NCBI GenBank assembly: GCA_965195285.1
Contig: CBDAFS010000011.1
Location: 9,533-73,532, forward strand
Origin: an uncultured Aminicenantes bacterium
Lineage (GTDB): Bacteria; Acidobacteriota; Aminicenantia; UBA2199
DNA: 64,000 nucleotides
Direction: 5' to 3'
Every line of letters begins with the position of its first letter. Position 1 is the stretch's first letter. The position numbers were made by a program, and so were the translations under genes. Of this stretch, positions 41,270-50,476 are shown piece after piece. The notes below the pieces were generated by a model. The model worked only from the letters and a program-made list of their open reading frames with translations, did no database searches and was not told where the DNA came from.

Positions 41270-42471
41270 TGGCCACTTATTTTTTCAACTTGTTTGAAAA
41301 CACGCAGCAAATTGCCGCCCAGAATTTTTTTGATATCCATGGGTCGATACCCCCTTTTCAATAGGTGGTAGGTGATCAGGGGGAATCCCGAAACGTCCTC
41401 CAATCCGCGGGGGTAACTGGTGGCCCCGTCAAAATCAGAACCCAATCCCACGTAATCAATTCCTACCAGCTTGACCACATGATCGATATGCGTGATCAGG
41501 ATATCGATCTCCGGTGGTGGTGGGGCATGCTTTAGCCATAGCTCAAATACTGCACTCCAGTACTGGTTCTGGTTGTCCTGGTATTTTTCTTTGAGTTTTT
41601 TTCTATGGGGGGCGATTTTTTGTTGGATCGCCATGGCTTTTTGCCGGTAATCCGGGTCCAGGAAGACGGAAAAAAAATTGATTTGAATGACTCCGCCCTT
41701 TTCAGCCAGCTTCCTGATCATTTTATCGGTTAAATTTCTGGGGGAATCACATATGGATCGACAGCAGGAATGTGAGGCGATTACCGGTGCTCTGGAAACC
41801 TTGAGCACCTCCCAGAAAGCCTGGTCCGATATATGAGAAACATCGATCATCATACCCAGGCGGTTCATTTCTGTCACCACCTCCCGGCCAAAGGGACTCA
41901 GTCCGTTCCATCTGGGTTTCTCTGCTGTCGAGGAATCGCAAATGTCATTATTTTTGACATGGGTCAGGGTGATGTAACGCACACCGAGCCGGTAATAATC
42001 TCTGAGCAAGCGCAAACTCCCTTCTATCGGACCCCCATTTTCAATGCCGATCAATATGGCCCGTTTTCCTTTTTTCTCGATGTCGATAATATCACTGACC
42101 GAAAAAGCCATCTCGGCCAGATCTGGATTGGCTTCAACCTGGAGGTATATTTCATCGATCATTTCCAGGGCATTTTTGGCCGGATGCTTTTCATCCAGGT
42201 TATTGGATACATATACGGCAAAGAAAGAGGCATCCACACCACCCTGCTTCATCCGTACCAGATCCACATCGGTGCTGTCCAATTTATTGCCGATATTGAC
42301 ACCCCGCTCAATCATGGCCATGGGGGTGTCACAGTGGGTGTCAATCACAATGGCAGAATCATGAATGGCCAGGGCTTTTTCCCACAGCTCCGGATCCAAT
42401 TTCCGGGAAGACGCTGATAGGGTCAGGTAAAACAGAGACCAGACAACCAGGATGATTAATTTTGATTTCAT
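41266..42471 (-). CDS. Membrane dipeptidase (peptidase M19)
   Basis: DTHCDT, GIENG, YITLTH, MNRLGMMIDVSH, ASHS, RNLTD, GLGSDFDG, GGNLLRV. Confidence 0.95.
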   Translation of the reverse strand: MKSKLIILVVWSLFYLTLSASSRKLDPELWEKALAIHDSAIVIDTHCDTPMAMIERGVNIGNKLDSTDVDLVRMKQGGVDASFFAVYVSNNLDEKHPAKNALEMIDEIYLQVEANPDLAEMAFSVSDIIDIEKKGKRAILIGIENGGPIEGSLRLLRDYYRLGVRYITLTHVKNNDICDSSTAEKPRWNGLSPFGREVVTEMNRLGMMIDVSHISDQAFWEVLKVSRAPVIASHSCCRSICDSPRNLTDKMIRKLAEKGGVIQINFFSVFLDPDYRQKAMAIQQKIAPHRKKLKEKYQDNQNQYWSAVFELWLKHAPPPPEIDILITHIDHVVKLVGIDYVGLGSDFDGATSYPRGLEDVSGFPLITYHLLKRGYRPMDIKKILGGNLLRVFKQVEKISGQ

Positions 42472-42575
42472 GATGCTTCACTCTGAAAAAAACCTTTCAC
42501 GTTTTTTCATATCAGATAAGGATTTAAAAGTCAAATTGAAGTGAAATCTTTTTTAAGATATACTTAATACGGAAT

Positions 42576-43268
42576 ATGAAAAAAAAGCAGTTACTGATCC
42601 TGGGATTGATTTTGCTGGTGGCCCTGGTTGTAATCTGGATAGTGTTGGTGCCGGCTGAGTCTGATGCCCGACCGGAGCCCATCATTATCTGCATGGGTGA
42701 CAGCCTGACCGAGAGCGAATTCGGGTATTACCCCAAGCACCTGCAGGGTTTGTTAAAGCGGCAGGATATTGCAGCTAAGGTCGTCACAGCGGCCCAGCCG
42801 GGCAATACCTCGGGTGAATACCTGGACTATTTGAAGCGTTCTGGAATTTTGGAAAAAATCAGGCCGGACATGACCATTATTATGCTGGGGACCAATGATG
42901 TAAGAATTGATAGAGACCACACCCCGCTCTCCCGTTACCGGCACAACATGATCCAGATTATCAGCCGGATCAAAGCCGGAAAAGCTTTCAGGAGATCCCC
43001 CACCACCATATTTATTGCGTCGATCCCGCCCATATTTAAGATTGATCTTCGCACCTTTGATGAAAGTTCAAAGAAGCGGGTGGAGGAGGAGATCGTTCCG
43101 GCCATACGGAATCTGGCCCGGCAGGAGCAGGTTCATTTCATTGATGTATTCGGTTTTTTTCAGAAAAAACCGGAATTGATGGCCGGGATTCATCCCCGGA
43201 AGCGGGGATATTTTGGCCTGGCCAGGTTTATTTTTGACTGTATCCGGCCCTATTTGGAGGTTGAATGA
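42576..43268 (+). CDS. SGNH/GDSL hydrolase, membrane-anchored
   Basis: GDSLT, PGNTS, LGTND, GIHP (MAGIHP, with Ala in place of the usual Asp). Confidence 0.85.
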   Translation: MKKKQLLILGLILLVALVVIWIVLVPAESDARPEPIIICMGDSLTESEFGYYPKHLQGLLKRQDIAAKVVTAAQPGNTSGEYLDYLKRSGILEKIRPDMTIIMLGTNDVRIDRDHTPLSRYRHNMIQIISRIKAGKAFRRSPTTIFIASIPPIFKIDLRTFDESSKKRVEEEIVPAIRNLARQEQVHFIDVFGFFQKKPELMAGIHPRKRGYFGLARFIFDCIRPYLEVE

Positions 43269-44284
43269 AAAAGATTTTGACTCGTTTTATTTTACCCTTG
43301 ATAATCACGGTTTTGATCCTGTTCTTTTTCTTCCGGGATATTTCCTTTATGGATATCAAAGAGAACTTTTTAAAAATCCCGACAGCCACATTGCTGGTTT
43401 TTATTTTGCTTTCCCTGCTGGGAACGTTGTTGAGAGCGGTAAAATATCATATACTGCTTTCCAGGAAGTTAAGTTTTTCAGATGTTTTTTTGATTACCCT
43501 GGTCAGGAATTTCGCCGTTGACCTTCTGCCCGCCCGCTCAGCAGCCCTGATTTTTTACACCTATCTGACCAAGAAAAAGGGCCTGTCACTGGAGGAGGGA
43601 GCCTCCAGTTTTGTCGTATCTGTTTTTTATGACGGCCTGGCCCTGTCATTCATGCTGGGAGGGCTGGTCTTCTTTCTGAAAACCGAGATAAGCAAGACCG
43701 CCATTTATTCGGGAATATTACTGATTTTTTTTATATCCGTAGGCATGATTTTCTTCTCCGACAAGGTTATCGAATTTGTACTCGGATTCAGGATTACCAG
43801 GCGTTTTAAAAAAATTGAAAATCCATTAAAGAATATTCATACTTATTTGCTCAACCATAAAAGCAATTCCGAGAGGGTGATTATTTTTGTTTTGAGTTTT
43901 TTCATCCGAATCATAAAATATATCTTTATTTATATCCTTTTTGAGGGAGTGGTGCAGATCGGCTGGGGGACCAAAATTTTTTCGGTATTCAGTTTCAGCC
44001 TGGCCATTACCGAGCTGAGTTCTCTGTTGCCCATCCAGGGACTGGGCGGTTTCGGCACCTGGGAGCTGGCTTTTGCGGTATCGTTCGGGGCCATGTTCGA
44101 TGCCTATGCAATTTCCAGGTCCACCATTCAATCCGCCGGTTTTGTCATTCATATCATCACCCAGGTATGGGAATATTTCATTGGTTTGCTGGCCTTTCTC
44201 TATTTAAATATTAAAACGAGGAGACATTCCAAAAGAAATCTCAATTCAAGTCATACAGACTCCGCTGCTACCGGAAAGTCATAA
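43265..44284 (+). CDS. Lysylphosphatidylglycerol synthase TM / flippase-like membrane protein
   Basis: Multiple TM helices; LLPARSA, PIQGLGGFGTWE. Confidence 0.8.
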   Translation: MKKILTRFILPLIITVLILFFFFRDISFMDIKENFLKIPTATLLVFILLSLLGTLLRAVKYHILLSRKLSFSDVFLITLVRNFAVDLLPARSAALIFYTYLTKKKGLSLEEGASSFVVSVFYDGLALSFMLGGLVFFLKTEISKTAIYSGILLIFFISVGMIFFSDKVIEFVLGFRITRRFKKIENPLKNIHTYLLNHKSNSERVIIFVLSFFIRIIKYIFIYILFEGVVQIGWGTKIFSVFSFSLAITELSSLLPIQGLGGFGTWELAFAVSFGAMFDAYAISRSTIQSAGFVIHIITQVWEYFIGLLAFLYLNIKTRRHSKRNLNSSHTDSAATGKS

Positions 44285-44285
44285 G

Positions 44286-44477
44286 ATGAAAAAATGGTAT
44301 TTGATCCTGCTGCTGACTTCCATTCTCTATCTGGTTTTTTCTACCAGCAGAAAACATAAAAAGGGCGGGCGGGAAATCCTCAGGCGTCTGAATTCCACCA
44401 TGAGCCTGCTGGCCTGGTTTCTGCTGTTGGTTTACGGGTTGGCTTTCATCTACTGGATTTTTAAGAGTATCTTTTGA
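44286..44477 (+). CDS. Small two-TM membrane protein
   Basis: 63 aa with two hydrophobic segments, packed between co-directional genes. Confidence 0.65.
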   Translation: MKKWYLILLLTSILYLVFSTSRKHKKGGREILRRLNSTMSLLAWFLLLVYGLAFIYWIFKSIF

Positions 44478-44489
44478 GGGAGGGAGACG

Positions 44490-46283
44490 GTGCTTTTGCA
44501 ATCCATTGACTGGTTGTTGATTGGGGGTTTCTTTCTGGTTTCATTGATTGTGGGCATCAGTGTAGCCCGGAAAGCCGGTTCCAGTGCGGTCGAGTTTTTT
44601 GCCTCTGGCCGTAATATGCCCTGGTGGCTGCTGGGTGTCTCCATGGTGGCCACCACCTTTTCTGCGGATACTCCCAATTTGGTGACCGATCTGGTCCGCA
44701 ACCACGGTGTTTCCGGGAACTGGATGTGGTGGGCCTTTTTGCTCACCGGAATGGTTACCGTGTTTATCTATGCCAAATTGTGGCGGCGTTCAGGAGTGTT
44801 GACTGATATTGAATTTTATGAACTTCGTTACAGCGGCAGGGCTGCCGCCTTTCTCAGGGGATTTCGCTCCCTCTATCTGGGTGTGTTTTTCAATGTGATC
44901 ATCATGGCCACGGTGTCACTGGCAGCCATAAAAATGGGAGGGGTCATTCTGGGAATTTCCCCGCTGCAAACCATCCTGATTTCATCGGTTATTGTGGTGG
45001 TCTATACCATGCTGGGCGGACTCCGGGGAGTTTTGATCACCGATTTTATTCAGTTTTTTATTGCCATGTTCGGAGCAGTGGCCGCTGCCTATGTTGCGGT
45101 TACCCTGCCCCAGGTGGGGGGATTGGCCAACCTATTCTCCCAGGTGAATGTCAGTGGTAAGCTTTCCATTCTTCCGGATTTTTCCGACACTTCTCTCCTG
45201 ATGACCGTCTTTCTCATTCCCCTGGCTGTGCAATGGTGGAGTGTGTGGTATCCCGGGGCAGAACCGGGTGGGGGCGGATATATTGCCCAGCGCATGCTGG
45301 CGGCTAAAAATGAGAAACATGCCATGGGAGCAACCTTTCTGTTCAACATCGCCCATTATGCGCTCCGGCCCTGGCCCTGGATCATTGTGGCCCTGGCCTC
45401 GCTGGTGGTTTTTCCGGATCTGGCCTCACTCAAGACGGCTTTTCCCGATATAGCCGAGGGTATTGTCCGGCATGATCTGGCCTACCCGGCTATGCTGACT
45501 TTTCTGCCCGCTGGGTTGCTGGGATTGGTGATTGCCTCATTAATCGCTGCCTTCATGTCAACCATATCCACCCATCTCAATTGGGGGGCTTCTTATATTG
45601 TCAATGATTTTTACCGGAGGTTTATAAAAAAGGATCCCCCGGAGAAACAGCTGGTCAGGGTGGGCAGGATGTCCATCGTGGGATTGATGGCCCTGGCAGC
45701 AGTGGTGGCACTTTTACTGCAAAATGCCCTGCAGGCCTTCCATATTCTCCTTCAGATCGGGGCCGGAACCGGGTTGTTGTTTTTACTCCGCTGGTTCTGG
45801 TGGCGAATCAATGCGGCCAGCGAACTGGCAGCCATGATCATTTCCTTCCTGGTAGCGGTTTACTTTGAATTTATTCATTCCCATACCGGCTTACCCGAAT
45901 TAATTGAATGGAAAAGATTGATTATCGGAGTGGCGATTACCACCGTCGGTTGGATATGCGTCACCATGATGACCAATCCCACTGACCGGGGAACCCTGCT
46001 GCGGTTTTACCGAAAAGTGCACCCCGGAGGCCCGGGCTGGAAAAGAGTATTGAAGGAAGCCTCTGAATCCGGAGAGAATATGGAAGACTTTCTGCGTGAA
46101 AAGTGGGATCTTCCCACCGGAATGCTCGCGGTTTTTCTGGGTATCGTTTCGGTTTACAGTATATTGTTTTCCATCGGATTCTGGCTGTATGCAAATACAC
46201 TGGCTGCCACAATTACTTCAATCGTGGCTGCGGTTTCCTCCTTTTCACTAATCAGAATCTGGAGGAGGTTAAAATTCAGGTGA
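44490..46283 (+). CDS. Sodium:solute symporter family protein
   Basis: FFASGRNMPWW--GVSMVATTFSADTP, GGLRGVLITD, QRMLAAKNE, AAFMSTISTHLN; GTG start with GGAGG RBS. Confidence 0.93.
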   Translation: MLLQSIDWLLIGGFFLVSLIVGISVARKAGSSAVEFFASGRNMPWWLLGVSMVATTFSADTPNLVTDLVRNHGVSGNWMWWAFLLTGMVTVFIYAKLWRRSGVLTDIEFYELRYSGRAAAFLRGFRSLYLGVFFNVIIMATVSLAAIKMGGVILGISPLQTILISSVIVVVYTMLGGLRGVLITDFIQFFIAMFGAVAAAYVAVTLPQVGGLANLFSQVNVSGKLSILPDFSDTSLLMTVFLIPLAVQWWSVWYPGAEPGGGGYIAQRMLAAKNEKHAMGATFLFNIAHYALRPWPWIIVALASLVVFPDLASLKTAFPDIAEGIVRHDLAYPAMLTFLPAGLLGLVIASLIAAFMSTISTHLNWGASYIVNDFYRRFIKKDPPEKQLVRVGRMSIVGLMALAAVVALLLQNALQAFHILLQIGAGTGLLFLLRWFWWRINAASELAAMIISFLVAVYFEFIHSHTGLPELIEWKRLIIGVAITTVGWICVTMMTNPTDRGTLLRFYRKVHPGGPGWKRVLKEASESGENMEDFLREKWDLPTGMLAVFLGIVSVYSILFSIGFWLYANTLAATITSIVAAVSSFSLIRIWRRLKFR

Positions 46284-46299
46284 CCTGCACTGCAGGTGA

Positions 46300-48711
46300 T
46301 TATAAATCTTTGAAAATGTTTGATCTTTCTTTGTATTCTTTTTTCTTTTTTGCCAGAATCTTTTTAAATCGGGGATCATCCATCAGTTTGTTGTAGCAAG
46401 GATTGTTCAACAGGTGCAGGTAGGAATGGGTCCTGGGATTTGCTTTCATGCTTTGTTCGAGGGATCCAAAAGCTTCCTCTTTCATCCCCAGCAGGGCATA
46501 CACTTTGTCGTAAGGTTCCTTCATGGTTCTCAATGCCAGTTCTTTTTCCCCTTTTACTGCATAAAGCAAAGCCCTGTAACTCCAGATATCTGGATTTTGC
46601 CCATCCAGTATTTCGGCGATTTTTAACTCCTGTTCGGCCTTCTGGTATTGTGAAAGTAAAATGAGCGAATAGGAATACCATAGATGGTACTCGGCATCGT
46701 CGGGATCCAATGCCAGGACCTTTTTATACTGGATAGCGGCTTTTTCCCAGGCTCCCATTTCCATATAACACCGGGCCAGAACCATAGGTGTATATACATA
46801 GAGAGGATTGAGCTCAATGGCTTTAATTAAATATTTTAGGGCTTTATCTTCCAGTCCAACCCGATCAAGGATTAAACCGATGACATGATTCCCTTCGGCG
46901 CTATTGGGGTTTAATTGGTTGGCTTTGTTTAAGCACTGGCTGGTATGCTGGTGATCTCCTTTAAGGTAGTAAAGCCAGCCCATTCCCTGGTTGGTTTCGG
47001 GTATATCCGGGTTTAATTGATAAGCTTTCTTTATATGTATTTCTACCTGATGGCGATCTTCTTTGTTGCCGGTTATTTCGTAATGTTGTTGATGAATCCA
47101 TGCCAAACTGGAATAGGTCAGGGCGTTATTGGGATCAATTCCCAGAGCCTTGTTCAGCAGGTTTTTGGCTTTAATAAAATCCTCCTCTTGTTTTGTAATG
47201 ACATAGGAGGTGATCAACTGACTGGCCTTTAGTAAATATTCGTATGATTCAATATCCTCTGGTTTTTCTGTTTTCAAGATTTCCGGTGAAAACTGCAACC
47301 GTAATGCCTGGGCTATGGATTGGGATATGTTCTCCTGCACCTTAAAAATACTTTCCAATTTTCGGTCAAAGGTTTCAGCCCAGAGGTGAAAGCCGTCCTC
47401 AATATTGATCAGCTGGGCCGAGACCCGGATGTTATCCTGTTCTTTACGGAGACTTCCTTCTAATATTGTAGACACACCTAATTCTTTTCCTATTTGTTTA
47501 ATATCTTTTTTGGTATTTTTATAACGCATGACCGAGGTGCGGGAAATCACTTTTAGTTCCCGGATATGGGTGAGTTTGGTGATGATATCCTCGGTCATGC
47601 CGTCGCAGAAGTATTCCTGATCCTTGTTGGCACTCAGATCCATAAAGGGAAGCACGGCAATGGAATTTGTCCAGGAGCTCTGAGTGATTGTTTTTGAGAT
47701 GGGTTCTGGTGTGGAAGGTTTGCCTTTGAATAAAATGTATCCTCCGATTAAGATGGCCAGGATTACGACAATAATCATAGTCGGCAGCAGCAACCTGGAT
47801 GTTTTCCGGGCAGTATCTCTGATGTGGATACCCTTCTCGGAAACAGTTCTGTCTTTTATGGATTCCAGACCACTCAGCAATCCGGTTACCTCCTGAAAAC
47901 GGTTGTCCGGTTCTTTGGCCAGGGATTTCTCAATCAGTTGCCAGAGTTCGGTTGGTGTTTCCGGCCGGAGTTCAGTCAGTGGTTTTGGCTTCTCATTTAA
48001 TATGGCATAGATAATGGCCTGTTCGTAGTCCCCTTTAAAGGGCAATTGCCCGGTGATCATTTCATAAAGGATCACACCTAGTGACCAGATGTCTGTTCTG
48101 TGATCTACCTCTTTACCCATTGCCTGTTCCGGGGACATGTAATTGGTCGTGCCCATGGTGGTGCCGATTTTGGTGATGGAGGGCGAATAGCCATTCGCTT
48201 CTACACGCAACTTGGCTAATCCGAAATCCAGGATTTTTACCCGGCCATCTTTATCGATCAGAATATTCTGGGGTTTGATATCCCGGTGAACGATTCCGGC
48301 TTCGTGGGCTTTTTGGAGGCCCTCGCAGATTTGGATAGTTATATTGATGATTCCTTTTATTGTAGGGGCAATCCTCGCGGTTGCCCGGGCAGGGGCAAGC
48401 CCTGCCCCTACACCTGATATTATTTCCTTTAAGGTCTGGCCTTCCACATATTCCATGGCGATGTAGGTTTGATCTTCGTGTTCGTTGATTTCATAAATTG
48501 TAACGATGTTGGGATGGTTCAGGGCGGCAGCAGCCTGGGCTTCCCGCTGAAACCGTTCCACCGCATCTTTATCCTTGGTAAATCCCTGGGGTAAGAATTT
48601 AAGAGCCACTTTTCGTTTTAACTTGGTATCTTCAGCTAAAAATACTTCCCCCATGCCTCCTTCTCCGATTTTTTCCAGGATTTTGTAGTGGGAAACAATT
48701 TGATTGATCAA
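46300..48711 (-). CDS. Membrane Ser/Thr protein kinase with TolB-like and TPR C-terminal domains (kinase 1)
   Basis: GEGGMGEV, VALK, HRDIKPQN, DFG, YMSPE, DIWSLG; TM helix; SIAVLPF domain; TPRs. Likely TTG start at 48711 (AGGAG 7 nt upstream). Confidence 0.95.
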   Translation of the reverse strand: MINQIVSHYKILEKIGEGGMGEVFLAEDTKLKRKVALKFLPQGFTKDKDAVERFQREAQAAAALNHPNIVTIYEINEHEDQTYIAMEYVEGQTLKEIISGVGAGLAPARATARIAPTIKGIINITIQICEGLQKAHEAGIVHRDIKPQNILIDKDGRVKILDFGLAKLRVEANGYSPSITKIGTTMGTTNYMSPEQAMGKEVDHRTDIWSLGVILYEMITGQLPFKGDYEQAIIYAILNEKPKPLTELRPETPTELWQLIEKSLAKEPDNRFQEVTGLLSGLESIKDRTVSEKGIHIRDTARKTSRLLLPTMIIVVILAILIGGYILFKGKPSTPEPISKTITQSSWTNSIAVLPFMDLSANKDQEYFCDGMTEDIITKLTHIRELKVISRTSVMRYKNTKKDIKQIGKELGVSTILEGSLRKEQDNIRVSAQLINIEDGFHLWAETFDRKLESIFKVQENISQSIAQALRLQFSPEILKTEKPEDIESYEYLLKASQLITSYVITKQEEDFIKAKNLLNKALGIDPNNALTYSSLAWIHQQHYEITGNKEDRHQVEIHIKKAYQLNPDIPETNQGMGWLYYLKGDHQHTSQCLNKANQLNPNSAEGNHVIGLILDRVGLEDKALKYLIKAIELNPLYVYTPMVLARCYMEMGAWEKAAIQYKKVLALDPDDAEYHLWYSYSLILLSQYQKAEQELKIAEILDGQNPDIWSYRALLYAVKGEKELALRTMKEPYDKVYALLGMKEEAFGSLEQSMKANPRTHSYLHLLNNPCYNKLMDDPRFKKILAKKKKEYKERSNIFKDL
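48181..48205 (-). repeat. Single GTAG-type REP-like palindrome, in frame in the kinase 1 activation loop
   Basis: tGTAG-AA-GCGAAT-ggct-ATTCGC-CC, translated VEANGYSP. Confidence 0.65.
48361..48412. repeat. GTAG-type REP doublet (REPIN-like), in frame in kinase 1
   Basis: TGTAGGGGCAATCCTCGCGGTTGCCC-GGGCAGGGGCAAGCCCTGCCCCTACA: two GTAG+hairpin units in inverted orientation with a 10-bp terminal inverted repeat; translated VGAGLAPARATARIAPT. Confidence 0.88.
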
Positions 48712-48803
48712 CACTCCACTCCTTCCTGATTTATAACAAAAAAAAATTTTTATTACAATCCCCCCCTCGGGCATTTCCGGAATAATATTGGGGATTGCAT
48801 TCC

Positions 48804-48832
48804 TTTACTTCTGAATGCCGGATTGTTAGAAT
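48804..48832 (+). promoter_or_regulatory. Sigma70 promoter, probably leaderless
   Basis: TTTACT-N17-TAGAAT with TGn, ending 5 nt before the ATG at 48838. Confidence 0.6.
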
Positions 48833-48837
48833 GACCG

Positions 48838-50361
48838 ATGGTTCGATTCACTTCAGGAGACGGATTCAAAAAACTGTTTCTGATCCTGGCTCCGGTTCTG
48901 TGTGGGTTGTTCTTGATCCTGGTGGATCTGAAACCCGGTCATCCGGAGGTCACCGCCACCGCGGCCGTTGCCCTGCTCATGGCTGCCTGGTGGATTACCG
49001 AGGCCATTCCCCTGGCCGTGACCGCCCTGATCCCCTTGATCCTGTTTCCCCTGCTGGGGATCATGAACGGCAAGGATGTCTCCACCCAGTATGTGAACCA
49101 TATCATCTTCATATTTATCGGTGGATTTCTGGTGGCCCTGGCCATGGAGCGTTGGAACCTTCACAAGCGAATGGCCTTAAAGGTGTTGATGTTTTTCGGG
49201 GTGAATCCGAAATTTATCCTGCTGGGTTTTATGGTGGCCACGGCCCTGCTGTCCATGTGGATTTCCAATACCGCCACCACCATGATGATGATACCCATTT
49301 CCCTGGCCATTGTGACCAGACTGGAAGAATTGTTGGGAGTTAAAAAGGTACGAAAATTTGCCATCGGCATATTTCTGGGTATTGCCTACAGTGCTTCCAT
49401 TGGCGGGATTGCCACCCTGATCGGTACCCCGCCCAATCTCTCTTTTGTCAGAATTTTCAACATCTTTTTTCCCCACGCACCGGAGATTTCGTTTGCCAAA
49501 TGGTTCTTCTTTGCTTTCCCTATATCGGTATTTTTTCTTGTTATTGCCTGGATCCTGCTCTCGCTGATCTTTTGTCCCCGGGAAGGATTAATTGTGGACA
49601 AAAAGATATTCGTTGATCAGTATAAAAACCTGGGCCCCACTTCCTTTGAAGAAAAAGTGGTGTTAATTGATTTTTTTATCCTGGTTTTTTTGTGGATGTT
49701 CCGGGCCAATATTAAAATCGGCGGATTTGTTATTCCGGGCTGGTCCACCATTTTTCCCCAGGCCGGTTTTATCAACGACGGAACCATTGCTGTTGCCATG
49801 GCTTTTATCATGTTTTTAATTCCATCCAGAACCCAAAGAGATGGCCGGGTGATGAACTGGGAAACGGCTAAGAAATTGCCATGGAACATTGTGCTCCTGT
49901 TTGGCGGCGGATTTGCCCTGGCCAGCGGTTTCAAGGTCAGCGGCCTTTCTCAATGGATGGGGAGTCAGTTGAAGGGATTGAGTTCGCTTCCCCCGCTGTT
50001 GATCGTCGCCTTTATTTGCCTGTTCATTACTTTTTTAACCGAACTGACTTCCAATACGGCCACGGCTGAGATACTCTTGCCCATTCTGGCTGCCCTGGCG
50101 GTTTCGATCAAAGTGAATCCCCTGCTGTTGATGATTCCGGGAACCCTATCCTGTTCCTTTGCCTTCATGCTTCCCGTGGCCACCCCCCCCAATGCCATTG
50201 TCTTCGGAACCAACCGGCTCAAGGTTTCGGATATGGCCCGGGTGGGAGTGATATTCAACCTGATTGGGGTGGTGGTAATCACTGCAGCGGTTTTTTTGAT
50301 CGGGAAGTTTATCTTCGGAATCGATCTGTCAGTCCTCCCCTCCTGGGCAGTTTTAAAATGA
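48838..50361 (+). CDS. SLC13/DASS family sodium:dicarboxylate/sulfate symporter
   Basis: WWITEAIPLAVTAL, SMWISNTATT, IGTPPN, TELTSNTAT, FMLPVATPPNAIVF. Confidence 0.94.
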   Translation: MVRFTSGDGFKKLFLILAPVLCGLFLILVDLKPGHPEVTATAAVALLMAAWWITEAIPLAVTALIPLILFPLLGIMNGKDVSTQYVNHIIFIFIGGFLVALAMERWNLHKRMALKVLMFFGVNPKFILLGFMVATALLSMWISNTATTMMMIPISLAIVTRLEELLGVKKVRKFAIGIFLGIAYSASIGGIATLIGTPPNLSFVRIFNIFFPHAPEISFAKWFFFAFPISVFFLVIAWILLSLIFCPREGLIVDKKIFVDQYKNLGPTSFEEKVVLIDFFILVFLWMFRANIKIGGFVIPGWSTIFPQAGFINDGTIAVAMAFIMFLIPSRTQRDGRVMNWETAKKLPWNIVLLFGGGFALASGFKVSGLSQWMGSQLKGLSSLPPLLIVAFICLFITFLTELTSNTATAEILLPILAALAVSIKVNPLLLMIPGTLSCSFAFMLPVATPPNAIVFGTNRLKVSDMARVGVIFNLIGVVVITAAVFLIGKFIFGIDLSVLPSWAVLK

Positions 50362-50476
50362 GATGAACGAAATCCGAATTACCCGAACTGGTATAAGGAA
50401 TGATTCAGAGAGATATATATTTAATGATAATTGATAAAAGAATAAAAAAAGTTTCGGGAATCAGAATTAATTCGTA

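Larger units (their letters stand above)
48116..48459. repeat. Near-identical internal repeat shared with 54922-55265
   Basis: Manual alignment at offset 6806: 48116-48218 identical over 103 bp; 48219-48247 has 9 mismatches in 29 bp; 48248-48459 has 5 mismatches in 212 bp. Confidence 0.9.
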
